Both the position numbers and the translations under genes were made by a program. A stretch of DNA of 20,000 bases from Catajapyx aquilonaris (taxonomy: Eukaryota): assembly GCA_000934665.2 (NCBI GenBank), contig JYFJ02000417.1, positions 118,670 through 138,669 on the forward strand, in the 5' to 3' direction. This document shows positions 11,648-20,000 of the stretch, one piece after another (within the stretch, counting starts at the first letter, position 1; every line of letters starts with the position of its first letter). The notes beneath the pieces are model-generated. The model ran no database searches. It was not told the DNA's origin and saw only the letters and a list, made by a program, of their open reading frames with translations.

Positions 11648-11850
11648 CAAAATGGCGACCCGCATTCCGGATCCAAGATGTCCCCCGGAGGTGTGTCTCC
11701 TAGGCCATACCCTCAATATGACGTCACTGACATTCCAAATGGGTGTGCACGCACTCTGATTGGTCGATACCATCTTGACGTCACTGATTCCGCCTACGTC
11801 ACGACCCCTGCTAAAAATTGCGACATCTTCCCTTCGTTCTATTCAGTCGT
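11648..11850 (+). promoter_or_regulatory. Putative GPCPD1 promoter: YY1-like site, 2 full CREs plus 1 variant, CCAAT box, Inr
   Basis: CAAAATGGCG 11648-11657; TGACGTCA 11719-11726 and 11776-11783; reverse CCAAT (CTGATTGG) 11756-11763; TACGTCA 11795-11801; TCAGTC Inr-like 11843-11848; CpG-rich compared with the flanks. Confidence 0.65.
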
Positions 11851-12063
11851 TCGATAGTTCTATCCGCGAAAACTGTGCCATTTTTTTTCGCCCCTTTCCT
11901 GCAGCGTGCGGACGTGTAGGGGTCGTGCAGGCCCAGAACCGCCCCAGGGGAAAAGCAAAGAGTGAGAGGCAAAAGGGTTGGCCTCTCAGGACCGGATCGG
12001 TCCGGTTTTTGCAGACGCCCACCCCAAAAAAGGAAGCCAAGGCCCGCATTTGGAACACGGCAG
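11845..12063 (+). other. Putative non-coding 5'UTR exon of GPCPD1
   Basis: Follows the Inr-like motif, contains no ATG and ends at CAG|GTAAAT. The first coding exon has an acceptor (ttttgtttactag|, 12333) 10 nt before its ATG. Confidence 0.55.
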
Positions 12064-12343
12064 GTAAATAACAATAATTCCGACCCGAGGTCAACTCTAG
12101 AACCATTGTTAGGTCAATCCAGGTCAGGGTCATGCCAAAATACAAGTGTTCCATAACATTGATTTACTTAGAAATAGTTGTACAATGGCAGTACCTTACT
12201 AGTACCTAGTAATAAGAACAATGGTAATATCAGTGCCTGCTGTTGCATTGTTCCAGATCTTGGAATTATTGTTTGTGTCGCCAAATCCGGCGAGGAGAGC
12301 ATTTACATGGTTTTTTCTTGTTTTGTTTACTAGCTGAGCAATC

Positions 12344-12489
12344 ATGATGGTGAGACGTTGCAGCCACACGTTCCGCGTGCGTGTGGATACCCATCCGGCC
12401 GAGAGCGTCTGCGTCGTCGGAAGCTGCTCGGAGCTGGGGGACTGGAAGAGAGCAAATGCGCTACACTTGAATAAGGACGACTCGCAACG
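12344..12489 (+). CDS. GPCPD1: GPCPD1 coding exon 1 (CBM20 N-half; MMVRRCSHTFRV...VVGSCSELGDWK)
   Basis: ATG at 12344 (aatcATG); donor CG|GTGAGA (phase 2); absent from the supplied ORF track. Confidence 0.9.
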
Positions 12490-15400
12490 GTGAGATAACA
12501 TTTTACCTATATTTACACCGCGGAAAACCTGCGGAAAACGAAACGCCGATCTGACGTAATCACAGCAGCAACAAAAAAAGCAACAATGGTAGAGACGATT
12601 ACGTTGGATCGTCGTTTCGTGTAATATGTTGCATCAGCTATGCACTTCGGAATGTATAGCCCGTAAAAAGTACCTCAACCGAACGTACTTACTCGTAAAA
12701 ATTCATTAGCTGCAACGTATCTGATGCAACATCCTGGCCTACTATCAACTTTACAACTAACGATAACGGTTGCAAACAAATGCATCGTATGACCTGGTTT
12801 TATTGCCGTCGAGAGTCGTGTTGTGCTGGCCTTGACTAACTTGAGCCGTATTGTTTACTCCATAGCGATGTATGGTCTGTTACCGTGACCATTCCATGCG
12901 ATTGTGTGGTTGAGTATCGGTACTTCGTGTGCGTCCTGGTTGAGCAAGATGGTGGAAGCGAAGGGGAGACGGAGAAGGTCGTACGCTACTGGGAGACCAA
13001 CGCTACGCCCCGTCGGCTCCCTGCTGTTGACACGGCAGCGATGGACGTGTCGAGCAACCCTATCATGGACAGCGAAGTTGAAGAGTTTGGATCATACGGA
13101 GGAAGCCAGCGGGTGGAGCAGGGTTGGCTTACGGCTGAGACCGTCATCCTGCTGAAGCTGTTCGACAATCCATTGAGACTATGGAAAGAGAAGCACCGAG
13201 CTCATCCGGTGAGTACAGGATTTTTTTTATAAAAAAAACAGGACAACACCTGGCAGGAGCAACAACCTCCCTGCAATTTTTATGACCTTGTATTGTCGCA
13301 CTGTCTGCACGTACCAGGCACAAACCGGTTTCACAACATCGAATCGCGAATAGATGTGTCCACCAGTTGCGTTTTAATTGCATTGGGTGCGGACGTGCGA
13401 GCCAATTTGAACCTCTCCCAGTAAGAATCTAAGAATAGAATTCACATGTTGTTTTTCTCGCAGCAACAATTACCCAATGCCGAGAATGTTTCCAGAAAAT
13501 TATGCGTGAGACACTAGGGCACCTTTGCTGTTATGTTGCGATAAATAAGTGCTGGATAATGCTTTTTGGACCGTTGCTCCCGAAGCCCTCGAGGGCAACA
13601 GATTGATAAGGTTGAAAAGGAAAAGTGCCTGTAAATGAGGTTGGTGTTTATCTAAAGTGAAAAACAACAGTGGAGAAAGTCTTGAGCATGTAAAAAAAAT
13701 AAACAAGCTCGTTTGTTAATAATCTGAAAATATTTTGAGAACGGTCAAACAATTAAAATTACACCCATAATTATTGTTCCTGTGGCTCGCACCGGCAACG
13801 TTTTTACAGTCAGTTATGGATATAACTGGATTAAACAATGGCCCACCGTCACCCGAGACGCACAATTGGCGGCGCATGACTTGGCATTTGAGCAATATCT
13901 CGATTGTCAGAGCAGCCTATTGATGAAAATTGTGTGCCAAGAGATTCAGGAGATAAAATGCGAGGTATAACATGTTATTAAAATAAATCCGGCCTGCAAT
14001 ATTACGCCATTAATAAACTATTGATAGCATGCCGAGTGTGTTGCCATACACCAGTCTGGGCTCTTTTTAATTAGTCGAATATTGATAAAAGGGCATTTTT
14101 AATTGGTGGGGTCTCCAACTAGAAATTGCCGGGATATTCCAGATAACTGTTGTGCCCTTGATTAAAAGGGTGACCTCTTCAAGGATGTGCAAAGTTCATT
14201 AAATGCGGTCCGTTAAATGGTGATCAATCACCTACTTGTGCGAATCTACGTGAAATCTTTGGGAAGTCCTCATGTCGAGCCGTACTACGTCTGAGCCCCA
14301 GCTATCAGCGTGACCTGTTAATTAATCGCAATGGGAAAAATCCGTCGATCTACTCGAAAAATAATAGTGCCAGCAATTCCGGATTCATATTGCAACACGC
14401 TGAGCTGAACTTCGCAACTCTGCGGATGTGCCAACACTGCAAGTGTGCACACTTTCAAGACATATTTTCACCGTATTATACAATGTTCTATGTGCGATCC
14501 GTTTTATTTGACGGTTTGTGTGCTAATGTCCCACCTGCTTTGAACACCTGTCTGTTAATCCGGATTGGCGAGAGTGTTAGGAATCATCATGCGTATTTAA
14601 TTCCACTTGAGATGTGCCGTAGTGTCCATTGTGATGTCACTAATGAACGAGTGGCAGTGAATGATATGCAACTGTCGCTGTTACGTACTCTCAGCAACAA
14701 TGCAGCAAGTGACCCAATGTCGTTGCGAGACATGCAATTCGTGGAACCTCCAGATGGAACTGATAATTTCAGTGTCAGTGACTAGAGTATCGGCAGAGTA
14801 GCATGTGGAGTTTGGAAATATTGGGATAGAGTAATCAGCGGCTGATTAAGCTAATCGGTGAACCTTCAACTCTTTAGCGGTTTGTTTTTCTGACCCCGGC
14901 CACACTTAAGTGTTTACACCTTTTTTTTTTTTTGGTCACCGTAACATGTTACTCTGCACGTGTGTAGATTCTGCTGTGTCCTGCCTTTCCACCCTCTTTA
15001 ATCCTGGGAATAGGATATGGGGTCGTTACTGATTAGTTCAAAATTGGATATCCTGTGTCCCCCCCAGAGGTTCCAAAAGTGAACAATTCAGATCCCCCCG
15101 AGTCCAGGCATAAATATTCATCGCTCTTCACTCCCTCTCCTGTTCTACCCAGAATGGAACCTCTCCGTAATCATTTATGTAATTACACGCATGCCGGCAG
15201 ATTTAGTGGGCCTTTGAAGGTGACCTGCTGAAACAATGTTTCCGGGGTAATGTCACCGGCTGCTTCAATTTCAGATCCGTATTAAAATTACTCCTGTGGA
15301 ACTGGAGGTGAACAAGAAGTCTGGGAGTGGGACGAGCTTGGACGGCCTGAGCGGACTGGAGCTGGAGGACAGCGTGGACGTCCAGGAGCTGAGACGCGAC

Positions 15401-18400
15401 CCGTCCGGATGGCCCTTGGTGGAGGTGGCCTCGGACCACTCAGACCAATGCCAGTTCCGGATGCAGGAGCAGTTCGGCCTCCCGTACCAGCCGGACAACT
15501 TTGTTCTCTTCAGATGCCAGACTATTTCGCTGGAAAATACAGTAAGACAACCCGTCCCGTCACCCTTACTTCCCATGTAAATCCCCAGCACTCGACTGGT
15601 TTTTTTGTTGCACCCAATTCCCAAGCACGTGATCCAGATTTGTGAGGTTTTTTCTGGACATGACCACTGTCTCATCGAGTTACATTTTTTGGCCTTTTTT
15701 CAGTGCTTAAGTGAGACAGTGACTGGTTCTCTTTCTTCTCTTCCGCAAATCAGTGCAAGTGTGGTTGCCACAGTGATTTTTGGAAACTGACATAAGAATA
15801 ATGTGCTATCCGTTTCATTCGATTTGTACGCAGCATGTGGCAACATCAGTTCGGTTATGTAACACTAATGTAACTAACACGAGAATGAAACGGATAGATT
15901 TGTGTAGAGTGATTCTTGCCAGTTTGAAGTGGAGGGTGAGCTTGGAGCCGACGTGTGTTTGGAACTTGTCTGAATCTCAAAGCACTTTGTATTGTTAATT
16001 TTTCAGGCGGTATGTGGTAAGTGGCAATGTCACGTAAAAGGCGGCAGCAGGAGTTGGTGACGAAGCAGTGACGAAGACTGGTTAAAAATTATCCATGGCA
16101 CCAACCTTTTTTCAAAAAAAAAAAAACAAAACCCAAAATCACGTCCCTCGTCCTCCATCCCAGCAATTTGATGGATGGGAAGTGAGACAAAACCCACCCC
16201 ACACTCTACAAGCTTCCTTTGCACGCACCTGAAGATCTACGCAGCAGACGAGAAGAGATTGCGGAGTGACAAAAAAAAAAAGCTTTTCACCATTACCAGC
16301 TTTTGGTGGTAGCAGCAGTGCGAGAGGACAGCAGAGCAACATGAACTTTTATATCTATTTTTTTTTCACGCACCTGGCAGCATACGGAGTGAAATGGTTT
16401 TTAATTATTATTTTTTCAAGTGGGTAAAAAATTGATTAAGGGGGTAATGAGTTTGACCACGGAGTCTGAGAAGAGTTTTCCCATGGCCTCCTTTCGCAGG
16501 CTTTCCTCGTGGACTTGTACCAGGAACGTGGCCCTGCCAATTGGCAGTCATCGTCCGCGTCATCGCTGTCGTCATCCGCATCCTCAACCACGTCGTTGTC
16601 ATCAGTGGATTTTGGGGACGGGGGAAGCCACCTGCCTCGTCACCTTGGGTTCTGCTACGTGCTGCCTTCCAACATGAGAAACAGCTGCGGGACAGCTGTG
16701 GTTCCAATCACCAGCGTGCGGCATGCCCCAATTGGAGAGCTATCAGGTATACGCCATTTATTTATTCATGTTGTTCAAGTAAAAATGACATTTCGTTTCC
16801 TTCTTCAGTTGACTACACGGTGGTGTTTCCGATACGTGGTTATGAATGCGAGATGCGAGAGTCGTTTGCTCGCCACTGGAAGCGGAAGGGTCTGGACGTG
16901 GGCCACCGAGGAGCCGGATGCTCCTTCAAGCGCCGGCCGTCCACCATTTCCAACATCAGGGAGAACACCATTGCATCTCTAACCTACGCTGCTCTGCACG
17001 GTGCAGATTTTGTGGAGTTTGATGTCCAGCTGTCGAGAGACGGGATTCCGGTCATCTACCACGACTTTCATGTGTGCATCGCAATGAAACATAAGAACAG
17101 GGATGTAGATGACCAGGTCAGGCTGCCAGTGAAGGACCTCTCACTTGAGCAGCTGCACAATCTCAAGGTTTGCATTGCATTTCTTGCATAGTACGATCGT
17201 TATGACTGACCATGTGTATGCCCAGTTGTACAACGAAGGCGAGCAGCCGATGCAGTACTCTGTCCACGAGCACCTGGAGGACCACCAGCCGTTCCCGACT
17301 CTAGAGAAGGCTCTTATGGCAGTGGACGAACAGGTTGGGTTCAACGTCGAGGTCAAATGGACCATGAAGCTGAAGGACGGCACCTTCGAGGTGTACCATC
17401 CGTTTGAGCTCAACCCGTACTTGGACACCCTCCTCGAGACCGTACTGAGGCATGGAGGGTCCAGGAGGATCGTATTCTCGTGCTTCCATCCAGACATCTG
17501 CCACATGTAATTGGAGATTTCCCCTTTTGCCTGAACCAGAGAGTGAAAAATGTTCCCATTCACAGGTTGCGACTGAAGCAGAACAAGTATCCCGTTTTAT
17601 TCCTGACCCAGGGAGTGACCCAGAAGTATCCGCCATACAGCGACCCACGAACGAATTCCATCCCGATGGCAGTCAACTTTGCGCTCTGTGCCGGAATCCT
17701 GGTTAGTTTTGTATGCGCTTGAAAGTTTGCAACCGAATTTAATGCCTTAAAATTCTGCAGGGAATCAACGTGCACACCGAAGACATCCTGAGGGACCCCA
17801 GCCAGGTGCAGCTTGCACTGAACGCGAACCTGGTCATATTCTGCTGGGGGGACGACAACAACAATACAGGGACGATCAAGTACCTCAAGGAGCTAGGCTT
17901 ACATGGGATCATTTACGACAGGTGAGACTGTCGCTCGCTCTTAATGTGCCGTGATTTCCTGTGCCGGATTGTTCTGGTCTCAAACGTGGTGTTCCGTATC
18001 TTGTAGGTTACCTGAGATGATATCCATGCTCAGGTAGTTTACCCTTCACTTTTGTATTCTTTCACCTGCATTTCTCCGCTTTCAGTTAACATTGCTTTTT
18101 TTTCTTTTCCATTGCCCCCTTCGACTGACAGCTTTTTTTCCTCTCTTTTCCGCAAGATCCGTAGGACCGACGAGACAGTCGACATTCTTGCGGCACCTGC
18201 TTTGTTTTCGTTTCAAGCCCATTTCAAGTTGCATTATTAGCATTTCTTCACCATATTAATGTCAGATGTGTTTTGTGTAACCGCGTCACTTTTTTAAAGA
18301 TCCTAGTGTGTGCGTATATCTCCCCAATTTTTGGGTCATCCTCATGGAACATTTAATTACACAATTGCGTGTCGAACTGTTACACCCCAACCCATCTGAC

Positions 18401-18631
18401 ATGTTGGCTTGCCTCAAGCACATGCTAATCTTCCCAATTATTTATTCTCTAATCCTCCGTAGAATCGACGAGTTTGGAGACAAGAGGCAGGAATCCGAGG
18501 TGTTCGTGGCGGACACCGGCGACACCCAGAAGGAGCTGATGAAAGTGGCTGCAGAATCCTCATCCGCGTCTCCGACCAACATCTCTAACGTCCTCAACGG
18601 AGAAAGCGAAGTTCCAATTCCTTGCATCTGA
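12344..18631 (+). CDS. GPCPD1: Glycerophosphocholine phosphodiesterase GPCPD1/GDE5 (CBM20 + GDPD); join(12344..12489,12866..13208,15275..15541,16500..16746,16809..17167,17226..17506,17566..17701,17761..17921,18463..18631)
   Basis: 2109 nt = 702 aa + stop, all GT-AG, phases consistent. CBM20 signature VCVVGSCSELGDWK...VWS...VEYRYFV...RYWET. GDPD motifs DVGHRGAG, RENTIAS, FVEFDVQLSRD...VIYHD, FPTL, GFNVEVKW, IVFSCF, LKQNKYPVLFLTQG, FCWGDDNN, GIIYDR. Confidence 0.96.
12866..13208 (+). CDS. GPCPD1: GPCPD1 coding exon 2 (CBM20 C-half to GWLT motif)
   Basis: Acceptor actccatag|C; donor CCG|GTGAGT (phase 0). Confidence 0.92.
15275..15541 (+). CDS. GPCPD1: GPCPD1 coding exon 3 (IRIKITPVEL...QEQFG...)
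   Basis: Acceptor aatttcag|ATC; donor ACA|GTAAGA (phase 0). Confidence 0.9.
16500..16746 (+). CDS. GPCPD1: GPCPD1 coding exon 4 (AFLVDLY...HLGFCYVLP...PIGELS)
   Basis: Acceptor ctttcgcag|GCT; donor G|GTATAC (phase 1). Confidence 0.9.
16809..17167 (+). CDS. GPCPD1: GPCPD1 coding exon 5 (GDPD catalytic GHRG, EFD, HD motifs)
   Basis: Acceptor ttcttcag|TT; donor AAG|GTTTGC (phase 0). Confidence 0.95.
17226..17506 (+). CDS. GPCPD1: GPCPD1 coding exon 6 (FPTL, FNVEVKW, FSCF)
   Basis: Acceptor gcccag|TTG; donor AT|GTAATT (phase 2). Confidence 0.92.
17566..17701 (+). CDS. GPCPD1: GPCPD1 coding exon 7 (LRLKQNKYPVLFLTQG)
   Basis: Acceptor attcacag|G; donor CTG|GTTAGT (phase 0). Confidence 0.93.
17761..17921 (+). 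CDS. GPCPD1: GPCPD1 coding exon 8 (GINVHTEDILRD...GIIYDR)
   Basis: Acceptor attctgcag|GGA; donor AG|GTGAGA (phase 2); absent from the ORF track. Confidence 0.93.
18463..18631 (+). CDS. GPCPD1: GPCPD1 terminal coding exon (IDEFGDK...PCI*)
   Basis: Acceptor cctccgtag|A, compatible with phase 2; TGA at 18629-18631. Confidence 0.82.
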
Positions 18632-18990
18632 TCTGCAGTTTAAACCTAGCTGAGCTTTCCCGCTCTCAAATTTTGTTCTTGCCAGGCTCTCACCGCTTGA
18701 AAGAAAAAAGGTGACGGACACTTTTTTATCACTTGTTTCCACGCAGCGAATTTTATGCCTGATTTTTTTCGAGCGGCCTTGCCTTCCCATGTAACAAGAA
18801 ACCAATAACTGGCGCGTGTTACCATCGACACTTCTCCGCTATTGTATTGTGAAACTTTTAACATGTAATGCCTCCCATTAAGGTGTTGTAACGTTTGATG
18901 GTCGTCTTGAGGATTAGGTGTATACTGTACATAGCTGGTCGAAGCAGAAAAAATCCTTCAAATTGTACATACATGGAGAAGCACTCCACT

Positions 18991-18996
18991 AATAAA
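18991..18996 (+). terminator. Candidate polyadenylation signal of GPCPD1
   Basis: AATAAA about 360 nt after the stop, with TGTA motifs upstream. Confidence 0.45.
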
Positions 18997-19209
18997 AGTA
19001 AATGGCTATGCAACCATCCCGGGGTTTATTCTGCGTATAAATAGTACATACACTCTAATCCAACTGTGCTGTGTAATCAAGTATTATTTCGTACGTATAA
19101 CATGGCATGAAGAAAAAAAAAACAGTCGTTGCATTTATTGCGCCAACATGCACCCACCTTTTTCTCTCTAATTATCCAGATTGTTATTAGAACAATTTAT
19201 TTCCAGAAT

Positions 19210-19906
19210 CTGTTGGCACTATTGACAACTCCACTCTACCCTGTTGGCATCATTGACAACTCCACTCTATCCTGTTGGTACTATTGACTACTCCACTCTA
19301 CCCTGTTGGCACTATTGACTACTCCACTCTACCCTGTTGGCACTATTGACTACTCCACTCTATCCTGTTGGCATTATTGACTACTACACTCTATCCTGTT
19401 GGCACTATTGACTACTCCACTCTATCCTGTTGGCACTATTGACTACTCCACTCTATCAGGGCTGCCACAGACCTTGAAATCCTTGAAATCCTTGAAAAGT
19501 CATGGAATAAAAAAATGGTCAGGGAAATCAGTGAAAAGTCAGTGAATTTGAAAATGGGTCAGGGAAAAGGTGTTTAAAATCGCTGACCTAACGTCGTTCG
19601 CGGATAGGACCGTCTCTGTTTGTACATGTGATTATCATCGCGCGCCGGCATGCGTTTCATTAAACAAAAAAACCCAAAAATATGCGTCTGATTTACACCC
19701 CTTGCTGTGTTCTTTTTTGGAATGGGTTTTTTGAGTTTGCTATGGGTATGTCGAAAAGTCAGGGAATTTTGATAAAAGGTCAGGGAAAAGTCAGGGAAAA
19801 GTCAGGGAAATTAAAAATGGGAAGCCTGTGGCAACCCTGTCTATCCTGTTGGCACTATTGACTACTCCACTCTATCCTGTTGGCACTATTGACAACTCCA
19901 CTCTAT
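19210..19906. repeat. 31-bp minisatellite (CTGTTGGCACTATTGACTACTCCACTCTATC), 8 units at 19210-19456 and 2 units at 19846-19906, split by a MITE
   Basis: Unit starts at 19210, 19241, 19272, 19303, 19334, 19365, 19396, 19427, then 19846 and 19877; few substitutions. Confidence 0.95.
19457..19839. mobile_element. 383-bp non-autonomous DNA transposon (MITE), CAGGG termini, 5-bp TSD TCTAT; possibly hAT5-like
   Basis: TIRs CAGGGCTGCCACAG / CTGTGGCAACCCTG (13/14 match); TCTAT at 19452-19456 and 19840-19844; subterminal repeats CCTTGAAAT and GTCAGGGAAA; no ORF. The superfamily is inferred from the termini and TSD length. Confidence 0.88.
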
Positions 19907-20000
19907 ACAGGGTGTTTACGACCTAACTTTACAAACTTCTAGTGGTGATAGAGGGGACCAAGACAAACATATTTGACATAGGAACCCGTGTCCGGAAACG
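19906..20000. mobile_element. Left end of a probable Tc1/mariner-like non-autonomous element (TA|TACAGGGTG…), continues beyond the window
   Basis: Abrupt break of the minisatellite at a TA followed by TACAGGGTG, a terminus common in arthropod TA-targeting MITEs; the other end is not visible. Confidence 0.6.

Noticed and set aside
14390..14785. 131-aa ORF in GPCPD1 intron 2
   Set aside because: Non-ATG start, no recognisable domain, and the flanking exons join in phase without it
870..19905. One giant transposon bounded by the CAGGGTG motifs at 861 and 19908 that captured both genes
   Set aside because: The termini face outward from the genes and their sequences diverge after CAGGGTG; they belong to separate elements
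19210..19906. CRISPR array (31-bp repeats)
   Set aside because: Units are head-to-tail with no unique spacers, there are no cas genes and the context is eukaryotic; it is a minisatellite

Overview
Intron-containing eukaryotic DNA, probably arthropod (inferred from the protein sequences and a TCAGTC initiator-like motif), not prokaryotic. Two conserved + strand genes lie in tandem. (1) A PNUTS/PPP1R10 homologue: 8 coding exons visible, 1391-11024, about 1220 aa, start Met exon not located. It has a TFIIS-N-like N-terminus, a PP1-docking KKTVHW...YF...R motif, an RGG/Gly-Pro-Met tail and a terminal CCCH zinc finger. (2) A GPCPD1/GDE5-type glycerophosphocholine phosphodiesterase: 9 coding exons, 12344-18631, 702 aa, CBM20 plus GDPD domain. 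All introns are GT-AG with consistent phases. A compact promoter (2 perfect CREs, CCAAT box, YY1-like site, Inr) lies between the genes. Repeats include a ~70-85 bp AT-rich tandem array and a Tc1/mariner-like end at the left edge, and a ~400 bp triplet microsatellite in the last PNUTS intron. At the right edge, a 31-bp minisatellite is interrupted by a 383-bp MITE (5-bp TSD) and by a second, Tc1/mariner-like element at almost the same register. I found no clearly novel multi-gene system. The best leads are candidate alternative C-terminal exons of GPCPD1, candidate PNUTS isoforms, the very tight PNUTS-GPCPD1 junction and the minisatellite insertion hotspot.
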